Virus record (IMG/VR): IMGVR_UViG_3300023274_000005
Span: 1 to 51,971 of that record
Direction: 5' to 3' (one strand)
Origin: a virus
Lineage: Duplodnaviria > Caudoviricetes
Length of the DNA stretch: 51,971 bases
Position numbers and translations under genes: made by a program. The notes beneath the pieces are model-generated. The model worked only from the letters and a program-made list of their open reading frames with translations. It was not told the origin of the DNA and made no database searches. Each line of letters opens with the position of its first letter. Positions within the stretch are counted from its first letter, which is position 1. Below are positions 45,136-51,971 of the stretch, one piece after another.

Positions 45136-45883
45136 CCTGCACCGCCGGCGGCATCTCGATCTCGGCCTCGAGAGCCTCCTGCACGCCCTTGACCCACTCC
45201 TTCAGCGGGATCGACGAGTCCACGTCGAGGACCTCGATGGTGTACAGGTTCTCGACGCCGATGCCCTCGAGCAGGCCGTACCAGCTCAGCCGTCCCATCA
45301 GTGCGCCCGGACGCTGTGACGTGGTGTACCAGTACTCGCCAGCGCGGATCGCGGCGACCTTGACAGCGGCGTAGCTGTAGGCACGCCCGGTGTTGAACTT
45401 CTTCTTGAACGTGATGACCTGACCGTCCTGGAACAGGTCGTTCTGCGGAACGCCGTCCATGGCGTCGGCCTGCTGGAGCAGGAGCCGGGCCTCTCGGCGC
45501 AGGGCTTCGGTGTCGAACATGTTGTTCCTCTCATTCATCTTCTTGGCGAGGCGGTCGAGGATCTCCTGCTGCACATCGGACATGTACACCGTCTTGCCGG
45601 TGAGCTTGTCGGGCGAAAGCATGCCGTAGGCAGCTGCCTGAATCGTGGCCTTGAGCGGTGCGTCGTCCTGCGGACCGTAGTCGCGAACGAGCTTGTAGTC
45701 CTCGATGACCTGGTCGATCTCGTCCTTCCAGATCATTCCGAACTCCGGATACTTCCGGCAGTGGATGTACCCCGGGTTGGCACGAGTCAGTAGACGCTCG
45801 CGGATCCACTTGAGGTACGCGAGCTTCGGATCGCGCTCTTCGTCCTCGAACATCTCTCTGTCGTGGTCTGCCATCTCTCCCAT
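45122..45883 (-). CDS. Hypothetical protein (possibly two fused domains)
   Basis: 253-aa ORF; internal RBS-ATG near MFDTEA. Confidence 0.65.
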   Translation of the reverse strand: MGEMADHDREMFEDEERDPKLAYLKWIRERLLTRANPGYIHCRKYPEFGMIWKDEIDQVIEDYKLVRDYGPQDDAPLKATIQAAAYGMLSPDKLTGKTVYMSDVQQEILDRLAKKMNERNNMFDTEALRREARLLLQQADAMDGVPQNDLFQDGQVITFKKKFNTGRAYSYAAVKVAAIRAGEYWYTTSQRPGALMGRLSWYGLLEGIGVENLYTIEVLDVDSSIPLKEWVKGVQEALEAEIEMPPAVQDAAE

Positions 45884-45885
45884 GG

Positions 45886-46116
45886 CTACTCCTGTCGGTC
45901 GTTGTGCTCCAGGTTCTCCTTCAGCCCCTGGAGCATCACGTCCCGAGCCTGACTGACGTCGAGATCACCGTTGACCTGGATCTCGGCCTCGTAGGCCTCG
46001 GCGACGTCAACCAGGAGGTTGAACAGGATCTCCTCGACGGTCATGTCACTCAGTGCACCGTCGTAGGTGTTCTCGCGTGCCAACCGCTCGATACGGTCCT
46101 TCTTGTGACTGTCCAC
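45886..46116 (-). CDS. Hypothetical acidic protein
   Basis: AAGGAG RBS. Confidence 0.65.
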   Translation of the reverse strand: MDSHKKDRIERLARENTYDGALSDMTVEEILFNLLVDVAEAYEAEIQVNGDLDVSQARDVMLQGLKENLEHNDRQE

Positions 46117-46138
46117 GGTGGACTCCTTTCTTGTTGCG

Positions 46139-46222
46139 TATCTCCGGCAGGAATCGAACCTGCTACAAACGCCTTACCCCATGCTGCAGCGGGAGGCTGC
46201 TCTGCCATTGAGCTACGGAGAC
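46139..46222 (-). tRNA. tRNA-like gene with canonical acceptor/D/T arms but enlarged anticodon arm
   Basis: GTCTCCG/CGGAGAT, TA, GCTC-AATGGCA-GAGC, GCAGG-TTCGATT-CCTGC; 27-nt irregular anticodon arm. Confidence 0.65.
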
Positions 46223-46396
46223 TTGGGAGCCGCTAACGGCGGCAAGTCGGATGCAGCGAAGGATGCATCAGTTCCTCTAGTTGGAATTGGAGACGCGCCG
46301 GATCGTGCTCAGCCCCACTCGGTACCCTTGCGGGTCCAGACGAAGTCCTTCATGTGAGTCACCTCCTCCGTTAGCCAGCTTGCTTGGCTAACTTAA

Positions 46397-46426
46397 TTAT
46401 ACATGAGGATCAAGGGAACATTCAAG
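46397..46426 (-). promoter_or_regulatory. Early-type promoter
   Basis: TTGAAT-N18-TATAATTAAGT. Confidence 0.65.
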
Positions 46427-46452
46427 GGAATTCTTTGAAGATCTTTTTGACC

Positions 46453-46596
46453 TTACCTCCCGTTCGGCCAGAAGTGGTACTTGTGTGTGCTGTCGCCGAA
46501 CTTCTTCTCTTCGAAGTGGTGGATCGTCGACCCGAGGAGAAACCCACCTGCGAGGCAGGAGGTCAGGAGTCCTACTAGCACCAGGACGATCTCCAT
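46453..46596 (-). CDS. Small membrane protein (47 aa)
   Basis: MEIVLVLVGLLTSCLAGGFLLGS…; TGATG coupling. Confidence 0.5.
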   Translation of the reverse strand: MEIVLVLVGLLTSCLAGGFLLGSTIHHFEEKKFGDSTHKYHFWPNGR

Positions 46597-46724
46597 CAGA
46601 TCACTCCCAGGACGATGGAGACGATCAGGCCGACGATGCCCAGGAAGAACGTGAGACCGATGACGATCTCACCTACGGGCGTAGGATCACCCATCTCGAT
46701 GCGCTGACGCTCCTCCTCGTTCAT
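46596..46724 (-). CDS. Small membrane protein
   Basis: C-terminal TM IVIGLTFFLGIVGLIVSIVLGVI; TGATG coupling. Confidence 0.55.
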   Translation of the reverse strand: MNEEERQRIEMGDPTPVGEIVIGLTFFLGIVGLIVSIVLGVI

Positions 46725-47515
46725 CAGATGTCGTTCCTGGCCGGAGTGAAGCCCTTGATCATCTCCGCGTTCACCTTGAACAGGTGACGATGCTTCGGCG
46801 GAATGACTCCCTGGAACCAGCAGTTGCGTGTGACCACGATCCACCGCCGGCCGTCGTCGGGCTCGACCGCGTCGAGTTCCTCGACCCTGAACTCCTGCTT
46901 CCGGAAGCGTTCCGCCGTCTCCTCGTCGATCACGAAGCGGAACTCCGTACCTCCGTGACCTCCTCCGCCAGCGGCGACTGCCTCGGGGTTGTCCTTCGAG
47001 ATGGTGCGGTGCACCCAGTCCGTGGTGACGATGTGCGACATGCGCGCACTGTCGGCCAGTGTGAGCCAGTACTCGTCGTACGAGTCCGTGAACGGCCCGT
47101 CGACATCGACCTTGACGTTCTTGTCGCGGTCGATGTAGGCTTCGATGTGGAAGACGTCCACCGTGCCGTCGTCGGGCCTGTTGATCCTGCGTCCCTTGTA
47201 GACGCAGAACAGGCCCCGCTGTTTGGCTCCACTTCGGGGCATCTGGTAGCTCGCCGACCTCGACGCCAGACGGTAGCCGCCCGCTTCGAGCGTCTTGATC
47301 TTGTCCAGGATGGCTTCCCAGCACGGATCCTTCGGTGCGTTGAGGTCGAAGGTGTCGTACACCTTCTCGTCCTCGCACTTCAGGATCGTCCAGCCGGAGC
47401 TGGCCGGAACGTTCTTGCTGGTGAGGGAACTCAGGCCAGCCTCGAAGTTGCGGAAACCCTGTTCCTCCGCGGCATCCTGCACGGCGATCTCGATGGTGTA
47501 CTTCCGCCGAGTCAT
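46724..47515 (-). CDS. Hypothetical protein
   Basis: 263 aa, GGHGGTEF and NCWFQGVIP motifs; ATGA overlap. Confidence 0.7.
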   Translation of the reverse strand: MTRRKYTIEIAVQDAAEEQGFRNFEAGLSSLTSKNVPASSGWTILKCEDEKVYDTFDLNAPKDPCWEAILDKIKTLEAGGYRLASRSASYQMPRSGAKQRGLFCVYKGRRINRPDDGTVDVFHIEAYIDRDKNVKVDVDGPFTDSYDEYWLTLADSARMSHIVTTDWVHRTISKDNPEAVAAGGGGHGGTEFRFVIDEETAERFRKQEFRVEELDAVEPDDGRRWIVVTRNCWFQGVIPPKHRHLFKVNAEMIKGFTPARNDI

Positions 47516-47784
47516 CCCAGCTCCTTGAAGTACGTCTGCTGCTTGGCCGCCTCGATGTACACCTGCGTGTACATCAGGGACAACGTGGACCAGTAGAGGA
47601 GCACGATGGGCTTGCCCTCCAGGTTCTCGTCGGCCAACTGGTCGGCGCGAACTCCCGAAGCCGCCATCGCAGCCTTGTGAACCTCCTGGTTGACGCGGTC
47701 CAGGACATCCTCGGCGTTGCCGAACTGCCCGTACTGGCTGTGAGGCAGGCCGGCCATCAACTTACCCAATTCCTCGAGCTTCAC
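47512..47784 (-). CDS. Hypothetical protein
   Basis: In operon; GAGG RBS. Confidence 0.6.
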   Translation of the reverse strand: MKLEELGKLMAGLPHSQYGQFGNAEDVLDRVNQEVHKAAMAASGVRADQLADENLEGKPIVLLYWSTLSLMYTQVYIEAAKQQTYFKELG

Positions 47785-47974
47785 GGTACTTAACCTCTCT
47801 TCGAATCTTGTTCTTGATGTGGTACTCGGCGTTCCCCATCGCTTCCTGGTACGTCGCTCTCCATCTCGAGATCAACGTGCCGCAGGAACACTCCGCTCGG
47901 AACTTCTTGGACTGGTGCTCACGATCAGCAACCCGTATCTGGTGCTTGTTCCGAACAAATTCTTCGGGTGTCAT
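47762..47974 (-). CDS. Small CxC/His protein
   Basis: AECSCG…AEYH; AAGGAGG RBS. Confidence 0.6.
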   Translation of the reverse strand: MTPEEFVRNKHQIRVADREHQSKKFRAECSCGTLISRWRATYQEAMGNAEYHIKNKIRREVKYREARGIG

Positions 47975-48024
47975 ATCACCTCCTTAGGACATGGCCACCC
48001 TCACAGTGTGAGGATGACTACGAA

Positions 48025-48580
48025 CTAAGGAACGATCTTGCCGGGCGGGTCGATCATGACCACGTCGCCCTTAACACGCAGCACGAACGTGTGCTCCGTC
48101 GGATCCGAACTACCGTACCGGCAGTACAGGTGGTCCTCGTCGACCTGCATCACCCCGAGCTCGAGGTGCCGAATTGTATTGTCGTCAGTGAGCGCAGGGG
48201 CATCGTGCCTGGTGCACCAGATCTGGAACTTCACTTGTCCTCCTCGAACTTCACGGTACCACTGAAGGCAGTACCCTTGATGTCGTCATCGGTCAGACGA
48301 CCCTCTGCGTACGCCCTTCGCATCTCCTCGGCACCCTCCTCGTCCTGATCCTCGATCAGGTACGTGTAGGTGACCTTCACGATCTTGGTCACGAGTGGTT
48401 CCCTTCCCCGTAGGTCCTGCCGCACGTGTCACACGGCTCGTGGTCCGCAGCGGCCTGGTGGGGGTGCGGCATGTTGGCCAGAATGGCCTTCTCCAGCTCG
48501 GCAGCCTCACGAACGGTCAGCTTGCTGTCCAGTTGTGTCTGCTCCAGAGCGGCCCAGATGGCGTAGCGCAGCTTGCTCAT
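48025..48580 (-). CDS. Three small coupled hypothetical genes (48025-48234, ~48231-48392, 48389-48580)
   Basis: Overlapping stop/start codons and RBSs. Confidence 0.55.
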
Positions 48581-48894
48581 CGTCCGTCCTTCTTGAAGTA
48601 CATCAGCGACCCGCGGCAGTTGCAGTCCTCGTCAAAGAACGGCTCTGCCCCACTGACTCCGGCCAGCATGAACACCGAGCGGTCGAACGGGTTCTTCGAG
48701 CTGTACCGCGTCCTCGGGTGGTTCTTGCAGACCAGGATCTTGTGGTAGCTCCTGTCCTCCCAGTCCACGTCGGCCTCATCCAGCGGAATCATCTCCCAGC
48801 TGAAGGCCGGCTGCACCGGTGGCTTGAACAGCTTCGGCGAGTCCTCGATCAGGCGACGGTGAATTACCGTCGCCTGCGTCTCCAGTTGCTTCAT
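48577..48894 (-). CDS. Hypothetical protein
   Basis: CKNH…CNC; directly downstream of a dispersed-element copy. Confidence 0.6.
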   Translation of the reverse strand: MKQLETQATVIHRRLIEDSPKLFKPPVQPAFSWEMIPLDEADVDWEDRSYHKILVCKNHPRTRYSSKNPFDRSVFMLAGVSGAEPFFDEDCNCRGSLMYFKKDGR

Positions 48895-48910
48895 CGGTTC
48901 TCCAACCTTA

Positions 48911-48950
48911 GTTAAACTACCTCGAGCAGGTAGCTTCCAAACCCCACACG
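48911..48950 (-). repeat. Dispersed element, arm+core copy
   Basis: Minus strand CGTGTGGGGTTT-N21-GTTTAAC; spacer shares GGAAG…GCTCGAG with the copy at 759. Confidence 0.75.
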
Positions 48951-49061
48951 CACGATTGGATCGCGAAGCGATCTTCGGGCCTGTGAGGAATGGAGGTCAC
49001 CCTTCTAGGTACGCGATGGCTGCTGCTCCGCAGACGGTGAAGACGATCAGGAACACAATGG

Positions 49062-49262
49062 TCATAGCTCTACCACCTTCTGCTCGAGCACCTGGTAGCC
49101 AATGGAACCCTCGGAGTACAACAGGCCTACGATCTCGCCCACGGTCACGTCCTCCGGATTGATGGCATCGTCGCCGGCGAGCTCCCGATCGATCTCCGAA
49201 ACCCACTCCTGTAGGTCCTTCAGGGTCTCGTCGACCTCGATGGTCACGGTTAGCCGTGTCAC
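49062..49262 (-). CDS. Hypothetical acidic protein
   Basis: GGGAGG RBS, GTGA overlap. Confidence 0.55.
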   Translation of the reverse strand: MTRLTVTIEVDETLKDLQEWVSEIDRELAGDDAINPEDVTVGEIVGLLYSEGSIGYQVLEQKVVEL

Positions 49263-49639
49263 ATCCGCCTCCCTTGTGCGTTGCTCACCACGTCACCAGT
49301 CTGGTCTTGCAGCACCGTGGTGTTGTAAGACCCTTGAGTCGTGTTCGCGTTCCGCATCGACTTCATCGTCCCCGGCGCTTTGTCGACCGTCTTCGTACCT
49401 GTGCCCTTGGCCGCGACCATCTTGATGATGGATGCGCCTCCGCGCCCGCCCGGCACACCCTTGAGCGACCGCTCAAACGTGTTCTGCATCTTGTACCCCA
49501 GCGGCTTCGACTTCTTCTTGGCCGGAACGAAGTCCGTGCTCTGACGGCGAACCGTGTTGTCTGCCTGCCGCCACCTCTGAGCCAGAACCTTTTTGCGGTT
49601 CTCCTCGAGTTTTTGTTGCAGGTTGCTCTTCGGCATCAT
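49259..49639 (-). CDS. Basic low-complexity hypothetical protein
   Basis: AGGAGG RBS before ATG 49639. Confidence 0.55.
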   Translation of the reverse strand: MMPKSNLQQKLEENRKKVLAQRWRQADNTVRRQSTDFVPAKKKSKPLGYKMQNTFERSLKGVPGGRGGASIIKMVAAKGTGTKTVDKAPGTMKSMRNANTTQGSYNTTVLQDQTGDVVSNAQGRRM

Positions 49640-49792
49640 CGCCTCCTGTTTGGGGTTGCGGTGGTTTGGAGGGTAGGTGTGCGGAGGGTTTTGGGGTGGG
49701 TGTGTTAGTGGTTGAAGTGTTTTGTTTTTCTTTTTAGTATACCTCAGGTTCTCTAGGACCATTCAAGTGGTCTCAGCTGAAAAGCTGAGTGA

Positions 49793-50182
49793 CTACCAAC
49801 CTCTACGAGTCCTAGGATCGAGCCTTCTTTCCCGCGAGGTCGTGAGTCGCAACACCCGAGCCGGTGGCCTACCGGCCGCTCCGGACGGGCCGGACGCCTT
49901 CGTCATCTCGTAGGCCTTGTCGAGAATGGCCGTGAGAAGGTGCATACTGAGGTAGAACTTGTTCGTATGCATGTCCCAGTGCCTGACCAGCGCCGAATTC
50001 GGGTCGACTCCGGCGCCCACGCTCTCTCCCATGAACCCCTCGTGCAGAGCCTGAGCGAACTCGGGAAGGGCGATCCACCGTTGGAACTCCTCCTCGTTTT
50101 CGAACTGGATACGGAATGCCAAACCCGGCCTTGTCGAGTCTGCTTCGGTTACCAAGGTGACATTGTACTCGTAGATGATCAC
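49793..50182 (-). CDS. Hypothetical protein
   Basis: GAGGGA RBS; promoter TTGCGT-N17-TATAAT upstream at ~50234-50262. Confidence 0.6.
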   Translation of the reverse strand: MIIYEYNVTLVTEADSTRPGLAFRIQFENEEEFQRWIALPEFAQALHEGFMGESVGAGVDPNSALVRHWDMHTNKFYLSMHLLTAILDKAYEMTKASGPSGAAGRPPARVLRLTTSRERRLDPRTRRGW

Positions 50183-50703
50183 TTTTGGTTTCCCTCTCTA
50201 GGTGAGATAGGTGATCGAATTAATCACTATATATATTATAACGTAATAGAGCTGATAACGCAAGCGGCTCGATCTTTGGTAATCCCTCCTACCTCACGAT
50301 ATTTGGCTTTAGTTAGAAACCTATATGTCTGAAACCTCAGTAATTCGCTACCTTTCTACGATCCTGTAATATCGGTCTATTCAGGTTGGAATCTAGCACT
50401 TTTCTCTATTCGATCCGCTATTCAGATTTATTAATTGCCTAATTAGACTACAGCATTATACAAGTATTAATAACTAGGTATAATAGTAAATCCTTCATTC
50501 GAATTCCTAGTTTCATACGTGTATAACATACCCCTTACTAAAATAACGCCCTCAATGCGAGATCGTAACTCTTTACCTACTATTTGCAAGCGTAAACACG
50601 GTTATGAGACCCTAGGAATTCAATGCCGATTACTACCCCGGATATGGAACCTAAGTCCGTGTGGAGTACTGACCGGAGCCAGTACCCCACGTCCCCTTCC
50701 GGA

Positions 50704-50886
50704 CTAGACGTACGATCCGAGGAGATAGTAGTCCGACCCGTACACCGAGAGGCACGACGCCCTCACGATTCGCTCCGCCTCGTGGTTCCTCGACCACTTC
50801 TTGTACGCGATCGTCTCCGGTGCCGATTCCGAAGGAACGTTGCCCTGAGCGAGCTCCTCAAAGTAGACCTTGACCAATGCGGACAT
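50704..50886 (-). CDS. Small hypothetical protein
   Basis: GGAGG RBS before MSALVK. Confidence 0.55.
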   Translation of the reverse strand: MSALVKVYFEELAQGNVPSESAPETIAYKKWSRNHEAERIVRASCLSVYGSDYYLLGSYV

Positions 50887-50992
50887 CTTGTCCTCCAATG
50901 AGACTGATGGTACTCCTGGTTGTGGCCAGACTGGTGCCACAGGGCCGACTCCGTACTCCGAGTACGATTCCGGCTCAGCGGTACCACCCTAT

Positions 50993-51121
50993 TCAGTGGT
51001 TCCTCAGTTCCTCCTCGAGACAAGTTCCACAGACTACTTCCTCGGCGAATGGTTCCTCCTCAGCGACCACTACCACAGTTGCATCGCAACGAATGCACTC
51101 GAGTACGAACTCTTGTTCCAT
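50993..51121 (-). CDS. Small acidic zinc-ribbon protein
   Basis: CIRC…CGTC; GGAAGG RBS. Confidence 0.55.
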   Translation of the reverse strand: MEQEFVLECIRCDATVVVVAEEEPFAEEVVCGTCLEEELRNH

Positions 51122-51210
51122 GATGGTTTCCTTCCAACCAAAGATCTTGGAACCCTTCCAAGATCCATGGAAGGAAGGAACCACTTTCGTGGTTCCTTCG
51201 TTCCCTTGGC

Positions 51211-51516
51211 TCAGTTGGTGTGCTTGGTGACGAACTTCGTGACGAACTTCTTCACCTCTTCGTGGGTGTACCTCTTGGCACCCTTGGTCCCATTGATGAG
51301 ACCATTGCGATCGTAGTTGTACATCATCTGAGAAGGTCGCTTCTGGTCGATTCCGAGTGCTTCGAAGGTCGAGCTCATGACCTTCCAAACCTTGTAGGGT
51401 GAGAAGATCTCGTTCTCGAGACCTTCCAGAAGATCTCCAACGATGGTCTCGATGGAGAGTTCCTCGGTGACCTCGGAACCATCGATGAGATCCATCTGAC
51501 CAGTGATCTCGGACAT
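51211..51516 (-). CDS. HTH-like early protein
   Basis: AAGGAG RBS; FSPYKVWK…PSQMMYNYDRNGLI. Confidence 0.65.
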   Translation of the reverse strand: MSEITGQMDLIDGSEVTEELSIETIVGDLLEGLENEIFSPYKVWKVMSSTFEALGIDQKRPSQMMYNYDRNGLINGTKGAKRYTHEEVKKFVTKFVTKHTN

Positions 51517-51594
51517 TGTACTCTCCTTCTGTTGTACTAGATCCCTTTGATCTAGTAGTACCAAGATCCTTTTCAGGATCATGATACTAGAAGA

Positions 51595-51783
51595 TCAACA
51601 ACTACATTCTCCTGTTACGCTCTTGTACTCGTAACATACGTTACAGAGTACTCTCCTTCTCATGATCCTCTTCTCTTCTTGTTCGATCATTTGATCGATC
51701 GCGAATGAACTGAGTTTCTTAGATCCGAAGTTACCAACCTTTTGGTTGATATGATCCTGACGGATTTTGAGGTTATACATCAT
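51595..51783 (-). CDS. Small zinc-finger early protein
   Basis: CNVC…CSC C-terminus; GAGG RBS. Confidence 0.55.
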   Translation of the reverse strand: MMYNLKIRQDHINQKVGNFGSKKLSSFAIDQMIEQEEKRIMRRRVLCNVCYEYKSVTGECSC

Positions 51784-51935
51784 GGTGAGATCCTCTCTCA
51801 GAGGTGGATATAGGAGGAGATGTATATCCTGAAGCTATTTGATTATCAAGGTACAGTGTTGTAGGGATGATGAGTTAGGATTTGTTTTTTTTTTTTTTTT
51901 TTTTATAAATATTTTTTAATGGGGTTTTTTAGAGG

Positions 51936-51958
51936 GTGGGGGACCGGTACGTTGGAAG
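51936..51958. repeat. Terminal overlap/direct repeat core (right copy)
   Basis: Identical to 43-65. Confidence 0.85.
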
Positions 51959-51971
51959 AAAAGAAGTGGGG

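Noticed and set aside
759-48950. Dispersed element as a CRISPR or tandem guide-RNA array
   Set aside because: Copies are scattered over the genome in both orientations, not tandem repeat-spacer units.
49650-49735. G/T-rich stretch with four G-tracts (possible G-quadruplex)
   Set aside because: Low-complexity G/T bias resembles the degraded sequence at the contig end and may be a read-quality artefact; cannot be supported without reads.
22314-51783. Integrase/repressor lysogeny module
   Set aside because: No tyrosine or serine recombinase motifs or XRE repressor found in any ORF; the tRNA-like genes do not look like attP fragments.
51881-51930. Poly-T run as terminator or functional tract
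   Set aside because: At the contig end and disagrees with the aligned left-end copy; likely sequencing artefact.

Overview
This window appears to be an essentially complete ~52 kb genome of a tailed (siphovirus-type) actinobacteriophage. Its two ends share a 23-bp exact match within a degraded ~78-nt overlap. The left arm (+ strand, ~177-22246) carries packaging, head, tail and lysis genes and ends in a predicted secreted neprosin-like glutamic peptidase. The right arm (- strand, ~22314-51783) carries replication and recombination genes: a UDG-fused family A DNA polymerase, primase-helicase, SSB, Sak4-like ATPase, PD-(D/E)XK nuclease, SNF2 helicase and RuvC-like resolvase. It also holds a 7-deazaguanine DNA-modification cluster (queC, queD, queE, folE, two all-alpha NTP pyrophosphatases, a TGT/DpdA-like protein), a close BldC homologue, a DUF397 (BldB-family) protein, two aberrant tRNA-like genes and many small early genes. 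No integrase or repressor is recognisable, so it is probably lytic. A filamentous actinomycete host is inferred from BldC/DUF397. The most striking unexplained signal is a dispersed DNA element, CGTGTGG(A/T/G)GTTT-N19-22-GTT(T/A)AAC, which occurs twice as a symmetric arm-core-arm unit and several more times as half units. Other unexplained signals are phased TAGAC arrays and a GpC-depleted, GATC-rich terminal segment. All calls come from reading motifs by eye; no database searches were run.
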